Assembly (NCBI GenBank): GCA_003344405.1
Contig: NOWV01000283.1
Location: 46,670 to 66,669 of the forward strand
Direction of reading: 5' to 3'
DNA from: Trichoplax sp. H2
Lineage: Eukaryota
DNA: 20,000 bases
In this document: positions 1 to 9,954 of the stretch, piece by piece
How positions within the stretch are numbered: the first letter of the stretch is position 1
How the letters are laid out: each line of letters opens with the position of its first letter
The notes under the pieces: model-generated
What the model saw: only the letters and a program-made list of their open reading frames with translations
The model's database searches: none
What the model was told of the DNA's origin: nothing
Made by a program: the position numbers and the translations under genes

Positions 1-301
1 TCCTTATCCTGATGTAATGCTAATTTTAACTCATACTGCTTTTAATTCATTCAACTCGTATAATGTCAAATACAAGAGCTGATATACAAAATTTCATGAT
101 AAATTGTTGCATATGTATTATATGATGAAAGACACTTAATGATAAAGGTTACGATAATTTTTAAATTCTTCTTCAAGATTTTGTATTGTAATGTTGCGGC
201 TTTAAAAAATAAATGAATAATTTGATTACGGTAGATTTTACTCAGTATCTTAGTATATTGTGAAGCCGACTACTTTATTCGGGTTAGAATTATGGAATAT
301 C

Positions 302-322
302 TACTAACTTAATTTTGTTAAG
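302..322 (+). promoter_or_regulatory. Putative intron 3' end: branch point TACTAAC and AG acceptor
   Basis: Perfect TACTAAC at 302-308, a T-rich stretch, then AG at 321-322. The TPR-like reading frame opens right after it, and the nearest upstream in-frame stop is TAA at 305-307. Confidence 0.55.
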
Positions 323-736
323 AATCATACCATATATGAGCATCAAAGTGACCTTGGACAATGCTATAATAAATTATCCAAGCGTGATCAAGCATTGAAA
401 GCAGTTGGGAAATGTTTAGAAATGCGAATAAGTGTCCTAGCGCTAAATGATATCCTAATAGCTTATGCATACTTTCATGCTGCTGTTTGTTGCGAACATT
501 TAGGAAAGCTTGAAGATGCTATAACCTTTCATCAAAGATCGATCAAAATTACATCAAAAGCACTTGGAGAGAGGCATCCTTCTATTGCCGAAAAATATGA
601 AGATATTGGATGTATTCTAGCTCGATTAAATAGAAAAGGCAAAGCTACTGCTATGTATTCATATGCTGTAAAGCTTCGTAGTGATCCTTATCGTGAAATC
701 ATAGTTGATCGAAAGCGTAAAGTTGATGACGATTAG
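323..736 (+). CDS. Probable terminal exon of a TPR-repeat protein (upstream exons not resolved)
   Basis: The ORF-track start at 395 is TTG, but the frame is open from 308. It reads NHTIYEHQSDLGQCYNKLSKRDQALKAVGKCLEMRISVL...IAYAYFHAAVCCEHLGKLEDAITFHQRSIKITSKALGERHPSIAEKYEDIG..., about three 42-aa TPR units. There is no ATG at the 5' end, and it ends with TAG at 734-736. Confidence 0.7.
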   Translation, partial: NHTIYEHQSDLGQCYNKLSKRDQALKAVGKCLEMRISVLALNDILIAYAYFHAAVCCEHLGKLEDAITFHQRSIKITSKALGERHPSIAEKYEDIGCILARLNRKGKATAMYSYAVKLRSDPYREIIVDRKRKVDDD

Positions 737-2513
737 TCTGTAATTTTGCTAGAATCTTGAAATGAATATTAATGCAAAAGATTGTTAACTGATCCATTGA
801 GTAAAAAGTCTACCTTAGCATGGCTTTTGAGATATTAGCAATATCATTCATCGGCTTGCCTTGAGTTGCTATAAACTGTTGCAGTAAATCTCACTTTAAT
901 GAAAACGTGTTTCTCGGTTGATAAGTATCCAATTTCTATGAGCTGTGGTTGTTTCATCTCTCCCATAAATTTGCTACAGATACCTAAAAATTCATTGATT
1001 GAAAAGAAATAGGAGGCTAGCTGCATAATTAAATCAATAAGGTGGAAAAGAATAAGAAAAATTCAAATTGTGAATCAATCCAAGTTAATTGATGTATTGC
1101 AGTCTACTAATATGCAGATTGCCTTAGAGTACGTAGATTTAAATTTTCGAGATTTATACTATTTTCATCTACAACAATATTTTAGTTTAGTTTTAATTTA
1201 ATCGATTTAATAGTTTATATAAGTTACTATTAATGCGCAGATACTAACCATAAATTTATATATTATTATTGCTAAGCAATTACAAGATAAATCTTGTGTC
1301 AAGTTGATTTTACTGTGTAATTATATCATTTTCCATTACAGCTTTGAACAATTTTAGTTATAATAGACAGGTACTGTCAACTAGTAGAAAATTTTGCAAA
1401 ATATCATGTAGCTTTGTCAAAATATTCCTTTACAAAATAAATGCGTATCATTAGGAATTTCATATTGGTTCATTTATCTGATAAAAAACACTTTTTCAAT
1501 TTGTTAAAATAATCAATTACCTTGTCTATATCGACAAATTTAATCAAATTGACAGGGATAAATTTCCCTTATAGAAGCAAAAATATTCTAAAATTTTTTT
1601 ATTAGCCATTTATTATGTCATAGATACTGATGGTGTAAAAGCAATCGTGATCGAGGTTATCATCGCAGGAGGAGGAAAGGGGGTTTGGATCAGTACGAAT
1701 AAATACTTGAACAATTGGCGGTTTTATAGCCATTGAGCATAATCGAAATGCCTACCACTGTAGGAAAGCCCAATAGTTAGTGGACAACAAGGCCTGATTT
1801 TGTGATTTTCTAATTTGTTAATGCGCCTTAATGTAAGATAGAATGTTGTTTATTGAGGTTAGTTGATACTAATGGAGCCTGCAAATATTTCTAAAAGGCG
1901 GTGAATGGGTGCGCTGTGTCTCCTACCTAGTTAATAGGCCTAAGTATCGGAACTAGAGCGCTTATTTCTCGTTAATAGGATTAGCACCACTCCTTAAATC
2001 GGTACGATCGGACATTTTTTATGTCATGAAGGCCGAGTAGTACTTCGATAACGGCTGTACTCACCTCAACGTATAATAGGTAGTAGAGTTCTAAGCCATA
2101 ATCACATACAAGACGTGGATTTACATTGAGAAAAGTGCGAGGAAGCTTTATTAGAAGTTAATAATTAGTTTACTAACACGAATATTTCTCATATAATAAG
2201 ATAAATTAGAATTAACTAGTAGAAATGAATTATTGCAATACAGCATCGATTACGTGAACTATTAAATCAATATGATACACTTTCATGACCGTCCGTGCTA
2301 GATTACTACAATTTTCCATCGTAATGAATATAAGTACAAACACTTTATCTGATACTCCATATTATTGTGTAATATTGAGATTACCATAACCATGATCTAG
2401 AATTAAAATCGAAGTCATTTCGTAAACGGCATAAAAAAGAAACTTATGCTACCTTAGATTCAATTACCGCAGATAGCTCCCGTTTTAGGACTGCACATCA
2501 TTAAGGTAATTAA

Positions 2514-2765
2514 TTATGCCGATGAGTTTTTGCGTGGTTTCTCATATATCGTTTGAGTTTGTCCATGCTTACCCTGCTCATCATAGATCTTTCTGATATT
2601 GTTATTTGATCAGTAACGAATAGCTATAACCAATGCTCTTATATTATTTTGTAATGTTACAATGACCATAGCCAAGATCAAAAATTGAATTCGAAGTAAT
2701 TTCTGAACGGTATCCTCAGGAATTTCATGCTAGCTTCGTTTAAATTATTGGGGATGCCTCCCATA
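2514..2765 (-). pseudogene. Decayed TPR units continuing past the stop codon of the 1357-aa gene
   Basis: Minus-strand translations in shifting frames: DMGGIPNNLNEA (~2730-2765), QKLLRIQFLIL / GYGHCNITK*YKSIGYSY (~2620-2706) and NNIRKIYDEQGKHGQTQTIYEKPRK (2526-2603). All match the 42-aa consensus but carry frameshifts and stops. Confidence 0.75.
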
Positions 2766-5700
2766 TCAGGACTGTACATCATCAAGGTAATTATGGTAAT
2801 CAGTTTTATGTGATTTCTCATACATCTTGTGAGCTTGTTCATGCTTCCCTTGATCATCATAGACCTTTCTAATATTTTCATATGAATTACCAATATCAGG
2901 ATGATTGTGATCCAAAGCCAATAATTGAATTTTGAGCGATTTTTGGTACATAGAAAGAGCTTCATTAAACTTACCTTGGTTTCTATACACCGCTCCCATA
3001 TTTTTATAAGATCCAGCAATGTCGGGATGATTTCGATCTAAGGCTGATAGCTGAATTTTAAGTGATTTCTCATGCATTATAAGAGCCTCTTCATATTTGC
3101 CCTGATCAGAATAGCCCTTGCCAATGTTGTTATATAATGCAGCAACATCACGATAATTGTAGCCAGGGATCGACAATTGAATTTTGAGTGATTGCTCGAA
3201 CGTAGAAATTGCATCTTCATAGTGGCCTTGATCATAGTATACCGTTCCAATGTTGTTATATAATTCGGCCACATCGGGATGATTATTACCAAGAACTGAT
3301 AACCGGATTTCTAATGATTTCTTATACATAGAAATTGCTTCATCATGCTTACCTTGAGCACTATATGCGTCTCCAATATTGTTATAAGATTGCGCATTAT
3401 TGGATTGATTTTGTTCAAGCATTGATAATTCAATTTTGAGCGATTTCTCATACATAGATATAGCCTCTTCCTTTTTACTCTGAAGATTGTACATTGCTCC
3501 AATACTGTTATAGGACTTGGCGACATCTGAATGATCATGACCAAGGACTGATATTTGTATTTCAAGTGACCTCTTAAGCATAGAAATAGCTTCATCGTAC
3601 TTGCCTTGATCGCCATAGGCATTTCCCATATCGTTATATAATTTAGCAACATCAGAATGATTGTGACTAAGGACTGATAATCGAATCTTCAGTGATTTCT
3701 CATACATACAAATTGCCTCATCATACTTGCCGTTATTTCTATGCGCGATGCCCATGTTATTATATGATGTAGCCACATCGGGATGATTGTGACCAAGAAC
3801 TGATAATTGAATTTTGAGCGATTTGGCAAACAGAGAAAGCGCCTCATCAAATTTTCCCTGATTATTGTATGCAACGCCTATATTAATGTATGATATAGCA
3901 ATCTCAGGATGATTGCAATCGAGGGTTGATAATTTAATTTTGAGAGACTTTTTGTGCATAGTAAGAGCCTCTTGATGGTTGCCCTGGTGATCATAAATTT
4001 CTCCAATGTTGTTATAGAGTCCAGCAATCTCCAAATGATCGTTACCATGAATTGATAACTGAATTTGGAGTGAGTTCTTATACATAGAAATAGCTTCTTC
4101 ATATTTGCCTTGATGACTATAAACATTTCCCATGGCCATATAAGAATGAGCTACTTGGGAATGATTATGACCAACGAGTGATAATTTCATCTTGAGTGAT
4201 TTATCATGCATAGAAATGGCCTCTTGGTGCTTGCCTTGACGACTATAGGCTTGTCCCATACTTTGATATATTGAAGCGATTTCGATGTGATCACCATCAA
4301 AGACTAATAATTGAATTTTAAGAGATTTCTTATACATAGCAATAGCCTCATTATACTTACTTTGCTGAAAATAGACCTGTCCGATGTTGGCATAGGATGC
4401 CGCAACATCACGATGATTGTGACCAAGAATAGATAATTGAACTTCAATCGATTTTTCGTATTGGCAAATAGCTTCTTCATACTTGCATTGATTCTTATAC
4501 ACTAATCCAATATTGTTATATGAATTAGCAACACTAGGATGGTTGTAACCAAAGACTGATAAATGAATATGGAGAGACTTTTCATACATGGATAGAGCCT
4601 CATCATATTTGCCTTGAATGCAATGGATATGACCGATGGATCCATAGGATTTTGCAACATGAGGATGATTGCGACCAAGAGCTGATATCTGAATTGACAG
4701 CGATTTCTCATGCATGGAGAGAGCCTCTTTATATTTTCCTTGATGATAATAGACAATACCTATGTTCGTATATACATAAGTAATATCGGGATGATTGTGG
4801 CCAAGGAGGGATACTTGAATTTTGAGCGATTTTTCATACATGGAAATTGCCTCGTTGTATTTCCCCAAATCACTATAGATAGCGGCTATATTAACGTATG
4901 ATTTAGCAATCTCTCGATGATTATGGCCAAAAATAGATAATTTAATTTGGAGTGCCTTTTCAGTCATGTTAATAGCATCTTGATGTTTACTCTGCATATA
5001 ATATACAGCTCCAATATCATTATAAGATTGGGCAACATCAAGATGATCGTGGTCAAGGACTAATAATCGAATTTTAAGCGACTTCTCAAGCAAAGAAAGA
5101 GCCTCATCATACTTACCCTGATGGATATACACAGCCGCTATATTGTTATAGGACGAAGCAACATCGATATGATTTGGGCCAAAAACAGATAGTTGAATAT
5201 GTAGTGATTTCTCGTATAAGGAAAGAGCCTCATCAGGCTTGCCTTGCTTCCTATGTACATTTCCCATGTTGTAATATAACGCAGCAACACCTGGATGATC
5301 GTGACCAAGATGCAATAATTTAATTTTGAGTGATTTCTCAAACATAGAAAGAGCCTCATCATACTTTCCCTGATTACTGTACACAGACCCCATGTTGCTG
5401 TAGCATGTAGCAATATCGGGATGATTATGGCAAAGAACTAAGAACATTATTTGAAGTGCTTTGTCATACATACAAATAGCCTCATCATGCTTGCTTTGAG
5501 CACTAAATATAGATGCGATATTATGATAGGAATTGGCAACATGGAGATGATTGTGACCGAGAGCTGATAATCGAATTTCTAGCGACTTTTCATATATAGA
5601 AAGAGCTTCAATATGTTTGCCTTGATCAAAATGTATCGTTGCAATATTGTCATATGATTGAGCAACATCAGGATGATTATCGTCAAGGACTAATAGTCGA

Positions 5701-6839
5701 ATTTCGAGCGACTTTTGATACATAGAGATCGCTTCTTCGTGCTTTCCCTGGCCGCTATAGACCATTCCCAAGTTATTATATGTTTTGGCAACGTCAGGAT
5801 GATTGTAGCCAAGGGCTGCTAATCGAATTTTTAGCGATTTCTCATGCACAGTTAGAGCCTCATCGTACTTTCCCTGATCACAATATGCAATTCCCATGTT
5901 TGTATAGGAGGTTGCAACATCTGCATGATCGGGACTATGAACTGATAATCGAATTTGCAGTGAGTTTTGATGCATACTAACGGCCTCTTCATGCTTCCCT
6001 TGATCATTACAAACTATTCCTAAGTTATTATATGAATGAGCGACATCAGAATGATTGCGACCAAAAACTGATAGTCGAATTTTTAGCGACTTCTCATACA
6101 TTGAAATAGCTTCATCGAACTTGCTTTGATTTCTATACACAGTACCAATATTACTATATGATGTGGCAACATCGGGATGATTATGTCCAAGAGCTGAAAG
6201 TCGAATTTGAAGCGATTTTTCATGCATCCTGTAAGCCTCTTCATACTTGCTCTGATCATGATAAATGCTCCCAATGTTGTAATAAGATTGTGCAACATTA
6301 AGATGATTGTGACCGAGAACTGATAACTGAATTTTGACTAACTTCTCAAATATAGAGAGAGCCTCATTGCGTCTACCTAAGGCTTGATAAACAACCCCGA
6401 TCTGATTATACGAATTGCTAATACTTTTATTATCCTTGTCCGAACAATTCAATTTCATATCCAGCGATTCCATATAATCTTTTAAAGCTCCATCCCAGTC
6501 TCGCTGTGATCGTTTTATGTCGCCTTGTCTATCTAAACATTGAGTAATCAGAATCACTTCCTGGATCTTTTCCGCTACTTTTTGTGCATTTTTATTGAAT
6601 TTTGCTGCTTCCATCCATTTAGTTCGCTTCATACAGACGTCAGCAGTAAGAAAATAAACATTGTATCTGAATCGATCTTCAATAGTAGTATCATCGACTA
6701 CCGCCTGAATTTTATCTAACACTTGTGTATAATAGGACATCGCTTCGTTAAGATTGCCCGATTGATGATTTTCTACACCCTCTCGGTAAAGAGATTTTAC
6801 ATATTCAGGTATAAGAAACTTGGCCAATGGATTATCCAT
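2766..6839 (-). CDS. Large intronless TPR-repeat protein, 1357 aa (kinesin light chain/nephrocystin-3-type 42-aa TPRs, TPR_10/TPR_12-like)
   Basis: 4074-nt ORF with the ATG in GTCATGG context. A divergent N-terminal ~136 aa is followed by ~29 units with consensus HPDVAxSYxNIGxVYxxQGKYxEAISMYEKSLKIQLSVLGHN. No NB-ARC/NACHT P-loop, CHAT domain, signal peptide or transmembrane segment is visible. Confidence 0.93.
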   Translation of the reverse strand: MDNPLAKFLIPEYVKSLYREGVENHQSGNLNEAMSYYTQVLDKIQAVVDDTTIEDRFRYNVYFLTADVCMKRTKWMEAAKFNKNAQKVAEKIQEVILITQCLDRQGDIKRSQRDWDGALKDYMESLDMKLNCSDKDNKSISNSYNQIGVVYQALGRRNEALSIFEKLVKIQLSVLGHNHLNVAQSYYNIGSIYHDQSKYEEAYRMHEKSLQIRLSALGHNHPDVATSYSNIGTVYRNQSKFDEAISMYEKSLKIRLSVFGRNHSDVAHSYNNLGIVCNDQGKHEEAVSMHQNSLQIRLSVHSPDHADVATSYTNMGIAYCDQGKYDEALTVHEKSLKIRLAALGYNHPDVAKTYNNLGMVYSGQGKHEEAISMYQKSLEIRLLVLDDNHPDVAQSYDNIATIHFDQGKHIEALSIYEKSLEIRLSALGHNHLHVANSYHNIASIFSAQSKHDEAICMYDKALQIMFLVLCHNHPDIATCYSNMGSVYSNQGKYDEALSMFEKSLKIKLLHLGHDHPGVAALYYNMGNVHRKQGKPDEALSLYEKSLHIQLSVFGPNHIDVASSYNNIAAVYIHQGKYDEALSLLEKSLKIRLLVLDHDHLDVAQSYNDIGAVYYMQSKHQDAINMTEKALQIKLSIFGHNHREIAKSYVNIAAIYSDLGKYNEAISMYEKSLKIQVSLLGHNHPDITYVYTNIGIVYYHQGKYKEALSMHEKSLSIQISALGRNHPHVAKSYGSIGHIHCIQGKYDEALSMYEKSLHIHLSVFGYNHPSVANSYNNIGLVYKNQCKYEEAICQYEKSIEVQLSILGHNHRDVAASYANIGQVYFQQSKYNEAIAMYKKSLKIQLLVFDGDHIEIASIYQSMGQAYSRQGKHQEAISMHDKSLKMKLSLVGHNHSQVAHSYMAMGNVYSHQGKYEEAISMYKNSLQIQLSIHGNDHLEIAGLYNNIGEIYDHQGNHQEALTMHKKSLKIKLSTLDCNHPEIAISYINIGVAYNNQGKFDEALSLFAKSLKIQLSVLGHNHPDVATSYNNMGIAHRNNGKYDEAICMYEKSLKIRLSVLSHNHSDVAKLYNDMGNAYGDQGKYDEAISMLKRSLEIQISVLGHDHSDVAKSYNSIGAMYNLQSKKEEAISMYEKSLKIELSMLEQNQSNNAQSYNNIGDAYSAQGKHDEAISMYKKSLEIRLSVLGNNHPDVAELYNNIGTVYYDQGHYEDAISTFEQSLKIQLSIPGYNYRDVAALYNNIGKGYSDQGKYEEALIMHEKSLKIQLSALDRNHPDIAGSYKNMGAVYRNQGKFNEALSMYQKSLKIQLLALDHNHPDIGNSYENIRKVYDDQGKHEQAHKMYEKSHKTDYHNYLDDVQS
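2805..6431 (-). repeat. Coding tandem repeat, 126-bp unit, ~29 copies
   Basis: 27 complete 42-aa units start at aa 179 (codon 6303-6305), with one more divergent unit before them and one truncated unit after. I see no indels in any full unit. Plus-strand motifs such as GATTTCTCATACAT and GATGATTGTGACCAAG recur at 126-nt periodicity. Confidence 0.92.
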
Positions 6840-7947
6840 GACTCCAAATCGGAAGAAGTTGATAAATGTGGGGTTAAAATAGTATTAAGTGAATCAAGGA
6901 TTTAAATTGTAACTTCTATGGGAGTAAGATGAAAATTGCGCCTGGCCCGGTACAAAAAAAAATGGCTTCTATCTACGTTACGAAAATTAATCAGCCTGAT
7001 CATCGCTTGAAGACTGTACCATATGGACTGTACAAATATAACAACTGTTGGCTCTATGCCTATGACAGCAGTAATTTATCTAGTTCCTTGTTAGATTCTA
7101 TCAGTGATCGGATCAAAGGAATGCAATCTCAATTATATACTAGCTTACAATTAACATAATGTGAATAGAATAATAAAGAAAAATTTGCATACCACTATGC
7201 ATACTTGCTGTAAATTAAAAGGCTACATGTCAATTCTTATTCCATCCATTGCTACTAAAAATGTCACGATAATTTCCATCATCATCTTATTTTATTATTG
7301 GACAAGCCAAAAAATAGATGAAATACTTGGACTTTCAACTAGTAAATTTAAATTAAATAATTCATGATAATCTAGAACGTTCATTACTACTGTCATAGTT
7401 TCGTCTTATAACGCTTCATTTAAAGCAAAGTTTCGCATGCTAATGATCTCAGAGATATAAACGCTGTAGATAATATTATGTATGAGTATGATTATTTCTT
7501 TATTAGAATAAATTGTGCCTCCAAATATTGATAAATTAGCATACAGGTTGAGTAGTGTCCATTTATTTAATTATCGTAAAATGTAGCAAATATTGCATCA
7601 TACTCTACTTATTGTACATTGATACAGGCAGAAAATAAAATTAAGAATTCTTCTTGGTAGAGACTTTTGAATCTAAAATTGACAGCTTTTTAATCTTAAT
7701 GTAACAGAAGTAATTGTTACATTTCGTGATATGAGAAGTATTTAAACTTAAATTTATATCTTTATCGACGTAGTCAATGTCCATGATCATTTTAATAAAG
7801 ATTTATAATTCAATTTAATGAAACTGTCGTATTGAATGGTAGTTATACTGTATGCTAGCTAATGATAGCAACTTTATCATACAATTATCACAATATCTAA
7901 TATCGAATAGCTATCATTGACTTCAAATTTTAAAATTTCCAGCGTTC

Positions 7948-8550
7948 CTTGTTATAGGTCTGAGCAATATCAGGATGAGGATGGCCTAACACTTGTAATT
8001 AAATTTTCAGTGATTTTTCATATATGGAAAGAGCTTCTACATGCTTCTTCTGCTCTATATAAGCAGCTCCCAAATTGTTATAGCTAGGAATAGTCAGGAT
8101 GATGGTAGCCAAGAATCAAGAACTGAATCTTACGCGACTTTTCATACATTAAAAATAGCTTTGTCGTATTTGCCTTGATTATGGTAGATCTTTCCAATGT
8201 TGTTATAAGATTGTACGACTTCGAGATGATTATGGCCAAGAACAGAAAATTTGATATCGAGTGATTTCTCATAAATGGAATAGCTTCTTCATGCTTGTTC
8301 TGATTCTTATATGCATCTCCTATTTTCTCGTACAATTCTGTAACGTCGAGGTGATTATGGCCAAGCGCAGATAATTTGATTTTGAATGATTTTTTATCGG
8401 TAGAAATAGCCTCTCCACGTTTAATTAGATTCTTATGCCCATCTTCCATGTTCTCAAGTAATTTGGCAATGTTGAAATGATTACCACTAGGAACTGATAA
8501 TTGAATCTTGAGTGATTTCTCATAGGTACAGTAGAGAGAGCCTCATTATA
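7948..8550 (-). pseudogene. Frameshifted TPR fragment (~5 units) of the same repeat subtype as 2766-6839
   Basis: Reconstructed translation: YNEALS / YEKSLKIQLSVPSGNHFNIAKLLENMEDGHKNLIKRGEAISTDKKSFKIKLSALGHNHLDVTELYEKIGDAYKNQNKHEEAIP / YEKSLDIKFSVLGHNHLEVVQSYNNIGKIYHNQGKYDKAIF / MYEKSRKIQFLILGYHHPD / YNNLGAAYIEQKKHVEALSIYEKSLKI*LQVLGHPHPDIAQTYN. Frameshifts lie near 8525, 8274, 8150 and 8085, with an in-frame stop at 7999-8001. Confidence 0.85.
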
Positions 8551-8647
8551 TACTGTATATCTGAGGCTGCTAAAATAACTCGGAACAGCAACGGTTCATT
8601 TTGATCATGTCATAGTCCAAGCATTCATTTTAATGATGTCGTAGTGC

Positions 8648-8812
8648 GCAAAGAAAAATAGAATGGAAATAGCATAATAAATTACATATAAGAATTTAAG
8701 GAAAATTAGTACAAGGGTTTATTTTGATGATGCCATAGTGCACATATTTATTTTCATGCAGGAAAAGGGATGGAAATAGCATACAAACTCCATATAAGAA
8801 TTTAAGGGAAAT
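8648..8812. repeat. Imperfect direct repeat, two ~55-60-bp copies ~106 bp apart
   Basis: ATGGAAATAGCATA at 8663-8676 and 8770-8783. CATATAAGAATTTAAG at 8685-8700 and 8791-8806. Confidence 0.8.
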
Positions 8813-9040
8813 ATACACTTTACTCCCATTAAATACTGCAAAATTACACAATTCCATATAAAACGATGTTAGTCTTATATAGCCATAATATTTGTAAATG
8901 TTATGCCAATTAATGTGATAACACAGTAGAGTATGTGTCATTTCCATTAAAATATACTTTGTTATTAATTATGATCATAATTAATGTTTTCATCATAAAT
9001 AATTTTCGAAATTAAAATAAGTGAGCTATCGATTTGAACT

Positions 9041-9060
9041 AATATTAAAATTTTAATATT
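9041..9060. repeat. Perfect 20-bp AT palindrome
   Basis: AATATTAAAATTTTAATATT equals its own reverse complement. Confidence 0.7.
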
Positions 9061-9250
9061 GTATTATTTCAACTCAAGTTGATTGTATTCATTTGACCCT
9101 TTCAGCAGTTATTTGAATGATATTTCGGCTAAAACTGGCCGATCTTCGCTCTTAAAATAGTATAAAAATTTAATTTTTGTTTCTATTTACTTCCAAATAA
9201 TCTTGAATTTTGTGCTGCAATCATGGAACCATCTTAACCGATAATCTAAT

Positions 9251-9278
9251 ATCTAGCAAAGCTTAAGCTTAGCTAGAT
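9251..9278. repeat. 28-bp near-perfect palindrome
   Basis: ATCTAGC-A-AAGCTTAAGCTT-A-GCTAGAT, with only the A/A pair mismatched. Confidence 0.75.
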
Positions 9279-9954
9279 TAGGTGTGTTTATAACCCTGAA
9301 TGGGAGTGAATAGGCTTTGATTCCGAATTCAATAGAGATTCATGATTTCACCTTGACCTCTTTCCATCATGCGATCTAGCGCATAGATTATTCTACTGGA
9401 AGAGAATGCTATAAAAAAAAAGTAAGCAAGCCATAGTGAGCCCTGGATAAAAGTAATCTTGCATAAAATAATATATAGGTAAGGCCTGATTATTTTTCCT
9501 CTCGATATTAAAAGAATTTTAAGGTCTTCTGTGGAGGCGATTTCCAATTATACTGTCGGGTATCAAGTTATCGAAAGATCTTGGAGATTATCAGCTAGAA
9601 TTTATCCTATTCGCCCTTGTGATCTAGATTATCTGACTTCTTCTCTTCATCATCATCCAAATCTCTGAAAATCAAGGCAGTCAACGCTACCTACTTCAGT
9701 TAATGACTACTAGGGTAGATCTAACTTTGATACCACTAATTTTCTCTCACTCTCTCCCTTACTATTTCTTGGTATCAGTGTCTCTAAAATCTTTACACGA
9801 TCATTTCATCTAGTAATGACATCAACTCTTGCTCTCTCTATAAATTAATATCGCTAAAGTTAAGTTCTTCATCAATATTAAGTGAAATAGTCTATCCATT
9901 TATGTCATCTTGTACACTTTGATACTTCTAATTCCAAAAACAAACCAAGTGAAA

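Noticed and set aside
844..1026. Small ORFs 844-1026, 8696-8947, 10001-10216, 10382-10645, 13748-13933, 14549-14731 and 17788-18012
   Set aside because: Short, compositionally random, or overlapping real genes in other frames.
2678..6298. Short minus-strand ORFs overlapping the large gene (2678-3019, 3077-3292, 3311-3652, 3689-3874, 3878-4126, 4502-4756, 5138-5413, 6083-6298) with repeated MRNHSKFNY motifs
   Set aside because: They are shifted-frame shadows of the 126-bp repeat, broken by frequent stops. Their mutual similarity comes from the underlying TPR codons.
2805..6431. Regular repeat with variable segments that might be mistaken for a CRISPR array or DGR target
   Set aside because: It is an uninterrupted in-frame coding repeat without unique spacers. 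No cas or reverse transcriptase gene is present, and variation is not visibly restricted to adenines.
4710..7367. Plus-strand ORFs 4710-4901, 5780-5980, 6723-6905, 6929-7159 and 7161-7367
   Set aside because: They are short, either antisense to the real gene or in its upstream region, and have no recognisable motifs.
8084..8449. 121-aa ORF as a real gene
   Set aside because: It is an artefact of compensating frameshifts in the pseudogene. Its middle part is the TPR read out of frame.
9910..9954. TTG start and N-terminal extension of the 720-aa ORF (likewise 17511-17651 and the TTG at 395)
   Set aside because: The context is eukaryotic, and downstream ATGs in good context align with the starts of the paralogues. 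The ORF at 395 is better explained as an exon.
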